NCBI GenBank assembly: GCA_035546575.1
Contig: DASZWN010000002.1
Location: 96,681 to 160,680, forward strand
DNA: 64,000 nt
Direction of reading: 5' to 3'
From: Minisyncoccota bacterium
GTDB taxonomy: Bacteria > Patescibacteriota > Minisyncoccia > Phycocordibacterales > SBAW01
Shown: one piece after another, positions 19,776-28,196 of the stretch
Position numbering within the stretch: position 1 is the first letter of the stretch
Layout: each line of letters opens with the position of its first letter
Made by a program: the position numbers and the translations under genes
Notes under the pieces: generated by a model
The model's database searches: none
Told to the model about the DNA's origin: nothing
Seen by the model: the letters and a program-made list of their open reading frames with translations, nothing else

Positions 19776-20204
19776 CTACGCCTCACTATTTTTACTTTTT
19801 GGAGTCGGAAATAAAAGGAAGTGACCAGGGTATTTTTTCTTTAAACGAAACATGGCGCTTTGTGCATACTGCTTCTTAAACTGGCGAGTTTTCATTTCCC
19901 GCTCCAGCTCTTTTATAGCCTCTTCAAATCCTGGCAATTGATCAAAGAGCCAACGTTGTATGCGCCAAATCGTATCCCTCCCTACGCGCATGTCTGATTC
20001 GATTTTGTCGTACGATTCTCCAGCAATAAGACGACGAGCAATCACGATGCGTCGCCCAAGCATAATCCGTTCGCTTGGAGTAAGCAGATCACGGAGAAAT
20101 AATTTCATTGCTTCGCGACCCTTCACGCCTGCGGCGGCAGTATACAAAGTATCTAATACTTCGATTCGCTGTTTTTCTGGGAGTTCCTTACCTCGTACTT
20201 TCAT
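19776..20204 (-). CDS. TrpR-like YerC/YecD family DNA-binding protein
   Basis: LTPSERIMLGRRIVIARRLIAGESYDKIESDMRVGRDTIWRIQRW matches the Trp-repressor-like HTH family. Confidence 0.6.
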   Translation of the reverse strand: MKVRGKELPEKQRIEVLDTLYTAAAGVKGREAMKLFLRDLLTPSERIMLGRRIVIARRLIAGESYDKIESDMRVGRDTIWRIQRWLFDQLPGFEEAIKELEREMKTRQFKKQYAQSAMFRLKKKYPGHFLLFPTPKSKNSEA

Positions 20205-20225
20205 GCGGGAACCATATCATAAAAT

Positions 20226-20243
20226 AGTTTGATATATCAAACC
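20226..20243. promoter_or_regulatory. palindrome GTTTGATATATCAAAC (copy 2) in the promoter region of the TrpR-like gene; probable operator
   Basis: Identical 16-bp core to the copy at 19756-19771; positioned about 25 bp upstream of the start codon on the minus strand. Confidence 0.5.
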
Positions 20244-20261
20244 TTGGCTAACTATAAATAA

Positions 20262-20310
20262 AAAAAGAAACCGCCGCGCGACCCACAAGGTTGCGCGGCG
20301 ATAGAGTCTA
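20262..20310 (-). terminator. terminator for the minus-strand membrane-protein gene
   Basis: CGCCGCGC...GCGCGGCG hairpin followed on the minus strand by TTTCTTTTTTTATTTA. Confidence 0.5.
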
Positions 20311-20316
20311 GCTCGT

Positions 20317-20637
20317 TCAGGGTACTTTAGAAGATGCAATCTTCTTCTCCAGATTTGTTATTAGCTCTTGTCTCAGTCGGCGTTGCTCAAGCCCCGTGGG
20401 CAGCGTTAGCAGCGCAAGAGGTGCCAGAAAGAGAAGAATGAAAACATCGAGCACGATCTGTTTTTCCATCAGACGATTGCCACTTTCGCGAGCGTGTTGA
20501 AGCTCCTGGTGGATATCGTCCTTAAACGCGATCGCCGGGATGGGAAAGCAGAGCGCTACCGCAATTGCGTAGCACAGTAGGATCATTCCAATAAGATGCC
20601 ACATACTGGCGTCTCCCATATGATTCAGTCTGAGCAT
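20317..20637 (-). CDS. small membrane protein, hypothetical
   Basis: Trimmed to the Met at MLRLNHMGD to clear the mreB overlap; two hydrophobic helices. Confidence 0.35.
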   Translation of the reverse strand: MLRLNHMGDASMWHLIGMILLCYAIAVALCFPIPAIAFKDDIHQELQHARESGNRLMEKQIVLDVFILLFLAPLALLTLPTGLEQRRLRQELITNLEKKIASSKVP

Positions 20638-20710
20638 ATAAAATATTAATTTTATCCTCCTGTCAATACACGTTTGTTTTGTCTTCATAATTCCCGTATC
20701 ATAGGCGGCA

Positions 20711-21724
20711 ATGTCTTTCTTTACTCCAAAGCTGGGGATCGATCTTGGTACTGCCAACACGCTTGTGTTTATCCCCGGCCGCGGCGTGGTGCTCAACGAG
20801 CCGTCGGTGGTTGCGATTTCCGAAATCGACAAGCGTATTCTCGCAGTTGGTGCCGAGGCAAAAGAGATGATCGGCCGCACGCCGGGCGAGATCATTGCAT
20901 ACCGTCCGCTTAAGGACGGCGTCATTGCCGACTATCGCGTCACGCAAGCGATGCTGCGCTACTTTATCCGCAAAGCGATGGGCAAATATAAAATTTTTAA
21001 ACCCGAGGTGATGGTCTCGGTGCCCACGGGTGTCACCTCAACCGAGCGCCGCGCCGTGGTAGAGGCCGCAATCCGTGCCGGTGCAAAAAATGCATACGTG
21101 GTTAAAGAGTCGGTGCTTGCGGCAATCGGCGCCGGGATACCTATCCAGGAGTCGCGCGGGCATATGGTGGTAGACATCGGCGGAGGCACGACCGACGTCG
21201 CGGTGATCTCGCTCGGCGGCATTGTGGCATCAACTAGCGTAAAATGCGCGGGCGACAGGCTCGACCACGCAATAGCCGACTATATGAAAAAGGTCTACAA
21301 CCTCGGCGTGGGCGAAAAGACTGCCGAGAGCATCAAAATTGCAATAGGCTCTGCTGTGCCTGTCGAGGACGAGCTTGTGATGACCGTACGCGGCCGCGAT
21401 TTTATCACCGGCCTTCCGCGCTCAACCGAGCTCAAGACAAACGATGTAGTAAAAGCAATCGGCAAAGAGTTGCGCGAGATAGTGAAAGCGATCCGCGACG
21501 TGCTCCAGGAGACGCCGCCCGAGCTGGCATCGGACATTATCGACAGCGGCATCACCATGACCGGCGGCACGAGCCAGCTGCGCAATTTCCCCGAGCTGGT
21601 GCTGCGCCGCACCGGCGTAAAAGCGCAGGTCGCGCAAGACGCGCTTTTTTGCGTCGCTTTAGGCACCGGCATTGCGCTTGAGCATCTCGACACCTACAAA
21701 AAAGCTATCATAGCGAAGCGATGA
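20711..21724 (+). CDS. mreB: rod shape-determining protein MreB
   Basis: IDLGTANT phosphate-1 motif, DIGGGTTD, actin fold. Confidence 0.9.
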   Translation: MSFFTPKLGIDLGTANTLVFIPGRGVVLNEPSVVAISEIDKRILAVGAEAKEMIGRTPGEIIAYRPLKDGVIADYRVTQAMLRYFIRKAMGKYKIFKPEVMVSVPTGVTSTERRAVVEAAIRAGAKNAYVVKESVLAAIGAGIPIQESRGHMVVDIGGGTTDVAVISLGGIVASTSVKCAGDRLDHAIADYMKKVYNLGVGEKTAESIKIAIGSAVPVEDELVMTVRGRDFITGLPRSTELKTNDVVKAIGKELREIVKAIRDVLQETPPELASDIIDSGITMTGGTSQLRNFPELVLRRTGVKAQVAQDALFCVALGTGIALEHLDTYKKAIIAKR

Positions 21725-22380
21725 GCACCCATCACCACGCCTATCTATATGAAGGGTCGCTCTCGCAGCTGGAGGCGCTCGCAGGCAATGCGCAGGAGTT
21801 GTTTGATTTTTCTGCAGAAAATAATCCTGATCTACAGATACGTAGTTTTGAAAAATTTGGTATTGAGGAGGCTCGCGAGCTCACCTATGCTACATCGCTG
21901 CGCAGCCTTTCTGGGCGCGCCCTATATATAGTAGGGGTTTCGGCCATAACCACCGACGCCCAGCAAGCCCTCCTTAAGTTGTTTGAGGAGCCGCAGCAGG
22001 GCTCAATGTTTGTCCTCTTGGCTCCGCACGGTTCGATCATTGCAACCCTCCGTTCAAGATTGCTTGTGTATCCAGGAACGATTCAACTGTCCTCACAAAA
22101 GTCCTCGGCCCAATCGTTCCTTAGGGCAAATGGTAAAGATCGCAGCGCAGAGATAACCAAGTTACTTAAAGATGAAGAGGGGACAAAAGAGCGCGTGCGA
22201 GATTTTCTAGCAGGGCTTGAAGAAAAGCTACATGCCGAGCTCCTCAAATCAAAAGGCGACGCGAAAGTAAGAGAAGGTCTCGAGGATATCGTAAAAATCC
22301 GCTCGTATGTGGGTGACCGCTCACCATCGCTCAAGATGCTCCTGGAGCACTTGGCCGTCTCGCTCCCGACACTCAAATGA
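21721..22380 (+). CDS. DNA polymerase III delta-prime-like clamp-loader subunit (degenerate Walker A)
   Basis: The FEEPQQGSMFVLLA and TLRSRL (SRC-like) blocks resemble HolB, but no GxxGxGK is present. Confidence 0.45.
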   Translation: MSTHHHAYLYEGSLSQLEALAGNAQELFDFSAENNPDLQIRSFEKFGIEEARELTYATSLRSLSGRALYIVGVSAITTDAQQALLKLFEEPQQGSMFVLLAPHGSIIATLRSRLLVYPGTIQLSSQKSSAQSFLRANGKDRSAEITKLLKDEEGTKERVRDFLAGLEEKLHAELLKSKGDAKVREGLEDIVKIRSYVGDRSPSLKMLLEHLAVSLPTLK

Positions 22381-23039
22381 CGCCGGCAACATTAAAGGAG
22401 AGAAAAGAGCGCATGCGCAAGCTCGACCAGGCACTCAAAAAGCTGTTCCCAAATGTGGGTACAGAGCTTGTCTATAAAATCCCCTGGCAGTTTATGGTCG
22501 CGGTGCAGCTCAGCGCGCAGTGCACCGACAAGCGGGTCAATATCGTCACCAAAGAGCTATTTAAAAAATACAAAACGGTCGACGACTACGCCAAGGCCAA
22601 CGTTGGCGAGTTTGAAAAGGCAATCAATTCCGTAACCTATTACCACAACAAGGCGCGCAACATTATTGCAGCGGCCAAGTTTGTTAAAAAGGAGTTTAAG
22701 GGCAAGCTGCCGCGCACGATGGAGGAGATGATTAAGATCCCCGGGGTTGGGCGCAAGACGGCAAACGTTGTGCTCGCCGATCTCTATGGCATTACGCCAG
22801 GCATTACGGTGGATACGCACGTGATCCGCTTTGTCTCGCGCTTCGGCCTCTCCGACCATCGCGATGCGGTGCGCATTGAGCGCGACCTCATGCAGATAGT
22901 GCCTAAAAAAGAGTGGCGTACGTTCACACATCGCATTATCCACTACGGGCGCTACCTGGCTCCGGCCCGCGCATACGACACGACAAAAGACCCGCTTATG
23001 AAAATCTATCCTCCAGCAGGGAAGCAGTTCCGGGTTTGA
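22377..23039 (+). CDS. nth: HhH-GPD family DNA glycosylase (endonuclease III-like) lacking a C-terminal Fe-S cluster motif
   Basis: HhH-GPD core IPGVGRKTANVVL...D; no Cx6Cx2Cx5C tail. Confidence 0.7.
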   Translation: MTPATLKERKERMRKLDQALKKLFPNVGTELVYKIPWQFMVAVQLSAQCTDKRVNIVTKELFKKYKTVDDYAKANVGEFEKAINSVTYYHNKARNIIAAAKFVKKEFKGKLPRTMEEMIKIPGVGRKTANVVLADLYGITPGITVDTHVIRFVSRFGLSDHRDAVRIERDLMQIVPKKEWRTFTHRIIHYGRYLAPARAYDTTKDPLMKIYPPAGKQFRV

Positions 23040-23072
23040 CAAATATATATAAGGTAGTACATTACCCTTTGG

Positions 23073-23216
23073 GTACGGAGAGACAGGATCCCTGCTGTTC
23101 CGGCGAGCTCTCGGTAGGCAATCCGCGGAGTTCCGAAGCTCAGCACATGCTTTTTGATCAAGGTCGTCCCCTGGACGAAGGCTCGCGAGCCTAGCTGTGG
23201 TCAACCCTTCGTACCC
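23073..23216 (+). ncRNA. candidate structured ncRNA (unclassified)
   Basis: Element closed by a 10-bp helix GGGTACGGAG/CTTCGTACCC. A promoter-like TTGACA lies about 30 nt upstream and a strong terminator at 23291-23335 downstream, with no ORF in between. Confidence 0.25.
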
Positions 23217-23290
23217 CCTAATTTCGTTCTGTCTGGTATATAATTCGCTGGCGTCTAATTTCGGTAGCGCCCCCCGTCTCGCCGAAGACG

Positions 23291-23335
23291 TCAGCACAAG
23301 GCCGCTTCATCTCCCCCGGGGTGAAGCGGCCGCTT
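23291..23335 (+). terminator. rho-independent terminator
   Basis: GGCCGCTTCA...TGAAGCGGCC stem followed by GCTTTCTTTTT. Confidence 0.55.
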
Positions 23336-23373
23336 TCTTTTTATAAAACGGCAATATTTGCTACACTACCTAT

Positions 23374-23925
23374 ATGGCATACGACTTTAAACCGTTCGAG
23401 AAAAAGATCGCCGAGATCACCGACCGTCTTGGCAAAGAGCTCGCGAGCGTACGCACCGGCCGCGCGACGCCTGCCATTTTGGACGGGGTCATGATAGAGA
23501 GCTACGGCACCCGCATGATGCTGAGCCAGGTTGCTAACATCTCCACCGAAGACGCTCGCACATTGCGCATCGCGCCCTGGGACGCAAGCAACGCTAAAGA
23601 AATCGAGAAGGCAATCATACAAGCAAATCTTGGCCTATCGGTCGGGTCCGATGAAAAGGGCGTTCGAGTCTCATTCCCAGAGCTCACGAGCGAGCGCCGC
23701 GTACAGCTCACTAAACTTGCTAAAGAAAAGGTCGAAGAGATCCGCACCTCGCTCAAACGCGCCCGCGACGAAGTGTGGAACGACATACAAAAACAAGAAA
23801 AGGACGGCAAGATGTCTGAGGACGACAAATTCCGCGCCAAGGACGAGATGCAGAAGCGCGTCGATGCGGCAAATGCAAAGTTTGACGATGCCCTTGAGCG
23901 CAAAGAGCATGAGATGAACTCATAA
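23374..23925 (+). CDS. frr: ribosome recycling factor
   Basis: 183 aa; RRF pattern (VRTGRA...). Confidence 0.9.
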   Translation: MAYDFKPFEKKIAEITDRLGKELASVRTGRATPAILDGVMIESYGTRMMLSQVANISTEDARTLRIAPWDASNAKEIEKAIIQANLGLSVGSDEKGVRVSFPELTSERRVQLTKLAKEKVEEIRTSLKRARDEVWNDIQKQEKDGKMSEDDKFRAKDEMQKRVDAANAKFDDALERKEHEMNS

Positions 23926-23928
23926 CCT

Positions 23929-25029
23929 ATGTATCTTTTCTTTTTTATTCTTATTTTGGTTGCGCTCATAGTGGTGCACGAGCTCGGTCATTTTTCCGTT
24001 GCCAAGTTTTTTGGCATCAAAGTAGAGGAGTTTGGTATCGGATTCCCGCCGCGCCTACTCTCGTTTAAAAAGGGAGAGACGGTCTACTCGCTCAACCTGC
24101 TCTTTTTCGGCGGGTTCGTAAAAATATTCGGCGAGGACGCTCAAGAGGGTGCTGAAGATCCTCGGAGCTTTGCCCATAAGCATCGTGCAATACAAGGCGC
24201 CGTGATAGTCGCCGGCATCGTCATGAACCTGCTCTTTGCGTGGCTCGCGCTCTCGGCCGGCTATATACATGGGCTCCCGACATCGGTCGATCATGAAGGG
24301 TTCGGGATCGTGCAAGGCGCCAAAGTGACTGTGGTTGCGGTGGTGCCAAACTCACCCGCACAGGAGGTCGGAATTCTCCCGGAGGATACCATCGAGGTGC
24401 TCGAGACCGGCACCGCCAAGCTCGATGTCCGTACACTCAATACAAACATGCAGGCTGAGGTAGTGCGAAACTTTATCGCCGACCATGGCGAGGAAAGCAT
24501 TGTGCTTACGGTTGTGCGCGCAGGGGATGAGAAGACATTTCTTGCAAAGCCTACTGCAGGAGTAATAGACGGCCGCAAAGCGATAGGCGTACAGCTCGAC
24601 GATGTAGGCATACTCAAACTTTCGCCGCCGCTCGCTTTGCTTGAGGGTGCGATACTCGGCTACCACATGACACTCTCGACCGCGCAGGGTCTCGGCACTT
24701 TCTTTTCGCAGATTGCGCGCGGTGCGGCAGATTTTAATACCGTTGCAGGACCAATCGGTATTGCGGGTATTGGCGCGAATGCAGTGCACGACGGATTTGG
24801 TGCAGCAGTAGTGCTTACGGCTTTGATATCTATTAATCTTGCCCTTATCAATGTGCTCCCGATCCCTGGTCTCGATGGCGGGCGACTCCTCATTATCGTT
24901 ATCGAGGGCGTTATACGCCGCCCCATCTCTCCAAGAATTACGACCGCAATAACCATTGCCGGGTTTGCAGCGCTGATATTCCTGATGATCGTAGTGTCAT
25001 ATCACGACATCGCCCGCCTAATTGGATAA
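23929..25029 (+). CDS. rseP: RIP metalloprotease RseP (site-2 protease, M50) with PDZ domain
   Basis: HELGH zinc motif and LDGG motif in a multi-TM protein. Confidence 0.85.
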   Translation: MYLFFFILILVALIVVHELGHFSVAKFFGIKVEEFGIGFPPRLLSFKKGETVYSLNLLFFGGFVKIFGEDAQEGAEDPRSFAHKHRAIQGAVIVAGIVMNLLFAWLALSAGYIHGLPTSVDHEGFGIVQGAKVTVVAVVPNSPAQEVGILPEDTIEVLETGTAKLDVRTLNTNMQAEVVRNFIADHGEESIVLTVVRAGDEKTFLAKPTAGVIDGRKAIGVQLDDVGILKLSPPLALLEGAILGYHMTLSTAQGLGTFFSQIARGAADFNTVAGPIGIAGIGANAVHDGFGAAVVLTALISINLALINVLPIPGLDGGRLLIIVIEGVIRRPISPRITTAITIAGFAALIFLMIVVSYHDIARLIG

Positions 25030-25074
25030 AAAGAAATACGCTCGCCTTGTGGGGCGAGCGCGGTGTTGCTTTTA

Positions 25075-25480
25075 GTCGTTGGGAATGATTCCCTGCGGTG
25101 AGTCATCATCATCGACCGACGGCCGTTTATGAGTGCCGCTGCCGATAATAATTGCATCTCCGAGCAAGCGGTCTTCTCCGGCGAGACGATGCTCGCAGTG
25201 AATCCGCTTCCCGTGGCAGGGACTTATTACCCTGAATCCGCAACTTCTTTCTCCTCGGCACGGTTCAGCTGTCCTAAGGCGTGTTGCCATTTCTGGCCCC
25301 CTACATAGCTGGATCAATGTTTCGTTTGGGTTTTGTCTGTATGTCCGATGTGGATCTTCGAGGACACTTCTGGAATTTTTCCTCCGTAACTCGCAGCCTA
25401 CCCAACGCATAGCATGGGTTCTTAACGTGCTGGTCGCACTTATTGCACAAGCTCATTCCCCGTCGAACCAAGCCGCTATC
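25075..25480 (-). ncRNA. candidate tmRNA (ssrA)-like structured RNA; classification tentative
   Basis: The minus-strand transcript contains GGCUUGGUUCGACGGGGAAUG, matching the tmRNA 5' consensus GG(A/U)UUCGACGGG. A complementary CAUUCCC lies about 330 nt downstream (P2-like pairing) and there is an in-frame UAAUAA double stop. The tRNA-like acceptor/T-arm could not be closed by eye. The only ORF here (25072-25410, minus) has no homology-like features. Confidence 0.3.
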
Positions 25481-25559
25481 TCCGCATAAAGGGTAAAGAA
25501 CACAACGCGCACTATTGTGTCACAATAATCACTTTTTTCAAATAGCAGATAAAGAAGCA

Positions 25560-25588
25560 CCCCGCGACGCATATGATGCGTCGCGGGG
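25560..25588 (-). terminator. terminator for the minus-strand zinc-ribbon gene
   Basis: CCCCGCGACGCAT-atg-ATGCGTCGCGGGG followed on the minus strand by a T-run. Confidence 0.5.
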
Positions 25589-25611
25589 CATTGCTGAGTT
25601 GAGGGCGACGA

Positions 25612-25779
25612 TTACTCTTCGTCGTCCTCGTCATGCACGAATTGCGGATCTTCGTATCGCGGCGCCCTGGGGCCGCTACCCGCCATGTTGGCGCAGTCGC
25701 GTGCCTGCGCTGGATTGCAGGCACCGCCGATCGGCACCTCGCGGCCGCAGTTGCCGCACGTTTCCGTTCTGTCGGTCAT
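25612..25779 (-). CDS. small zinc-ribbon protein with acidic C-terminal tail
   Basis: MTDRTETCGNCGREVPIGGACNPAQARDC...VHDEDDEE (55 aa) with CxxC...C...C. Confidence 0.4.
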   Translation of the reverse strand: MTDRTETCGNCGREVPIGGACNPAQARDCANMAGSGPRAPRYEDPQFVHDEDDEE

Positions 25780-25891
25780 CGTCCACCTCCGGTTGCACTG
25801 TTTATACAATAGCATATTTCTTTATATAAAGCAAGTGCAGGTTCGGCTCTGGTATTTTGCCTCCTTTCGTTTTTGACCGTACAATTCCTAC

Positions 25892-27148
25892 ATGCGCCAA
25901 TCTCAATTGTTTACTAAGACCCGCCGCGAGGCTCCAAAAGACGAAGTGTCTAAAAACGCGCAGCTTCTTATCCGTGCTGGGTACATTAATAAAGAGATGG
26001 CGGGTGTGTACGACTTTTTGCCGCTTGGGCTGCGTACGCTCGAGAAGATCATCGGTATTATCCGCGAGGAGATGAATAAAATCGGCGGGCAAGAAATCTT
26101 GCTTTCAACGCTGCAGGATTCTAAACCGTGGGAGGCATCAGGGCGCTGGAGCGATGAGAATGTAGACGTGTGGTTTAAGACCGAGCTCAAAAGCGGCGGG
26201 CAATTGGGTCTTGCGCCAACGCACGAGGAACCGCTCACGAACCTTATGCGCGATCATATCTCCTCATACCGCGACCTGCCGTGCTACGCTTACCAATTTC
26301 AGACCAAATTCCGCAACGAGCTTCGCTCCAAATCCGGCATTATGCGCTCGCGCGAGTTCATCATGAAGGATCTTTATTCGTTTAGTAAATCGGAAGAAGA
26401 GTTTAGAGAGTTTTACGAGGCTGCTGCAGAAGCATATCTCAAAGTATTTGCGCGCGTCGGGTTGGGCGAAGTTACGTACCGCACGTTTGCTTCTGGCGGT
26501 TCATTCAGCAAATTTAGTGATGAGTTCCAGACTGTCTCAGACGCGGGCGAGGACGTTATCTATGTGCATGAGCATAGGCGCCTTGCGGTTAACAAAGAGG
26601 TCTACAAAGATGATGTACTAGCGGATTTGGGCATGCAAAAAAGTGATCTTAAAGAAATGAAAGCAATCGAGGTGGGGAATATCTTCCCGCTCGGCACCCG
26701 TTTCTCTGATGTTCTAGGGCTCACATATAAAGACGAAAACGGGGAACAAAAGCCGGTTATTATGGGCTCTTATGGCATTGGTCCGGGGCGGCTCATGGGT
26801 ACCATTGTTGAAACCCTCGCTGACGACAAAGGAATTGTCTGGCCTGAAGAGGTGGCGCCGTTCCGCGTGCATGTGGTCGAGATCAATAATAAGAACGACG
26901 ATGTCCGAAAAGAGGCACAGGAGTTATACAACGAGCTTAGCCAGGCAGGTGTCGAGGTGTTGTGGGACGACCGCGATGCGCGCGCGGGCGAGAAGTTTGC
27001 CGACTCAGATCTTATGGGTATTCCCTTGCGCGTCGTAGTATCAGAAAAAACGCTTGCAGCAGGCAAGTTCGAGTGCGTGGAGCGAGCTACCGGCAAAACT
27101 CAGCAACTCAGTACCTCAGAGCTCGTGCACCACGTCACTCATGTTTAA
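25892..27148 (+). CDS. proS: prolyl-tRNA synthetase
   Basis: Class II aaRS core with ProRS signature blocks (APTHEE, FRNE, GSYGIGPGR) and a C-terminal anticodon-binding domain. Confidence 0.85.
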   Translation: MRQSQLFTKTRREAPKDEVSKNAQLLIRAGYINKEMAGVYDFLPLGLRTLEKIIGIIREEMNKIGGQEILLSTLQDSKPWEASGRWSDENVDVWFKTELKSGGQLGLAPTHEEPLTNLMRDHISSYRDLPCYAYQFQTKFRNELRSKSGIMRSREFIMKDLYSFSKSEEEFREFYEAAAEAYLKVFARVGLGEVTYRTFASGGSFSKFSDEFQTVSDAGEDVIYVHEHRRLAVNKEVYKDDVLADLGMQKSDLKEMKAIEVGNIFPLGTRFSDVLGLTYKDENGEQKPVIMGSYGIGPGRLMGTIVETLADDKGIVWPEEVAPFRVHVVEINNKNDDVRKEAQELYNELSQAGVEVLWDDRDARAGEKFADSDLMGIPLRVVVSEKTLAAGKFECVERATGKTQQLSTSELVHHVTHV

Positions 27149-28196
27149 CAAACTTCTTACACGCATCAATTCATTTCTCTCCAACGATATCGGTATCGAC
27201 CTCGGTACCGCAAATACGCTTGTGTATGTGCGAGGCAAGGGGATTGTCGTAAATGAGCCCTCGGTAGTTGCCGTTAATCAAAAAACAGGACAGGTGGTAG
27301 CGGTGGGGAATGCGGCAAAGGCAATGCTCGGCCGCACGCCGGGGCACTTGGCCGCAGTGCGGCCGCTTGTCGACGGCGTAGTCTCCGACTTTGAGGCAAC
27401 CGAGGAGATGCTCGCGTATCTCATCAATCGCGCCCAAGGGCAGTCGCGCAAGCTGCTGGGCCCTCGCGTCGTAATCGGCGTGCCCTCGGGCATCACCAAC
27501 GTAGAGATCCGCGCGGTTAAAGACGCGGCACATAACGCCGGTGCGCGAGAGGTGCATATTGTCGAGGAGCCAATGCTGGCGGCACTCGGTATCAGGCTCC
27601 CCACCAAAGACGCGATAGGCACGATGCTTGTAGATGTAGGCGGCGGCACCTCCGACATCGCGGTACTCAGCCTCGGCGGCTTGGTGCGCTCGCGCAACTT
27701 ACGCATTGCGGGCGTAAAGCTCGACAACGACATCATCGGGCACGTGCGCTCGGAGTTTAAAATCTTAATAGGCGAAAAGACGGCGGAAAATGTAAAGATG
27801 GCTATAGGCTCGGTCATAGAGGGTGGTGGCCACCTCGAGGCCGTGGTGCGCGGCCGCGACCTCATTACCGGCCTTCCGCGCGAGATACTCCTTACCGATT
27901 CCGACGTGCGCGAAGCAATGTCGCAGTCGATCGACACGCTTATCGAGACGATCCGCGAGGTGCTCGAGACCACGCCGCCCGAGATCCTTTCCGACATCAT
28001 GCGCTCGGGTATTGTGCTCGTGGGCGGGGGTGCCTTGATAAAAGGGCTCGACGTATTACTGAGCCAATGGCTCAAAGTACCGGTATTCGTAGCCGACGAC
28101 CCGCTTACCGCAGTGGCGCGCGGCACCGGCGTGATACTCGAAAACCTCGACGCATATCGCGACATATTCCTGGATTATGACGACGATATCTCCTAG
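27144..28196 (+). CDS. mreB: MreB paralogue (second actin-like rod-shape protein)
   Basis: Start trimmed to MFNKLL, a 4-nt overlap with the proS stop. Motifs IDLGTANT and DVGGGTSD are present; the protein is about 45% identical by eye to the MreB at 20711. Confidence 0.8.
   Translation, partial: FNKLLTRINSFLSNDIGIDLGTANTLVYVRGKGIVVNEPSVVAVNQKTGQVVAVGNAAKAMLGRTPGHLAAVRPLVDGVVSDFEATEEMLAYLINRAQGQSRKLLGPRVVIGVPSGITNVEIRAVKDAAHNAGAREVHIVEEPMLAALGIRLPTKDAIGTMLVDVGGGTSDIAVLSLGGLVRSRNLRIAGVKLDNDIIGHVRSEFKILIGEKTAENVKMAIGSVIEGGGHLEAVVRGRDLITGLPREILLTDSDVREAMSQSIDTLIETIREVLETTPPEILSDIMRSGIVLVGGGALIKGLDVLLSQWLKVPVFVADDPLTAVARGTGVILENLDAYRDIFLDYDDDIS

Noticed and set aside
23273-23290. Adjacent CGTCTC and GAAGAC (type IIS enzyme sites) in the duplicated 18-mer as evidence of engineering
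   Set aside because: The rest of the window is ordinary chromosomal DNA with no vector-like features. More likely a natural repeat that happens to contain these hexamers.
25072-25410. 112-aa ORF over the tmRNA-like region
   Set aside because: No RBS, odd composition, and the region shows RNA-like motifs. Treated as non-coding.
25075-25480. RNase P RNA interpretation of the same region
   Set aside because: GAGGAAA and ACAGA..AACCC-like strings are present but only about 45 nt apart (real P4 strands are more than 200 nt apart), and no GGAAAGUCCGG or CCGGCUUA core was found.
27278-28165. 295-aa antisense ORF inside the mreB-2 and mreC region
   Set aside because: Antisense to strongly supported MreB and MreC. 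Composition is Ser/Arg/Pro/Thr-rich, typical of GC-frame artefacts.
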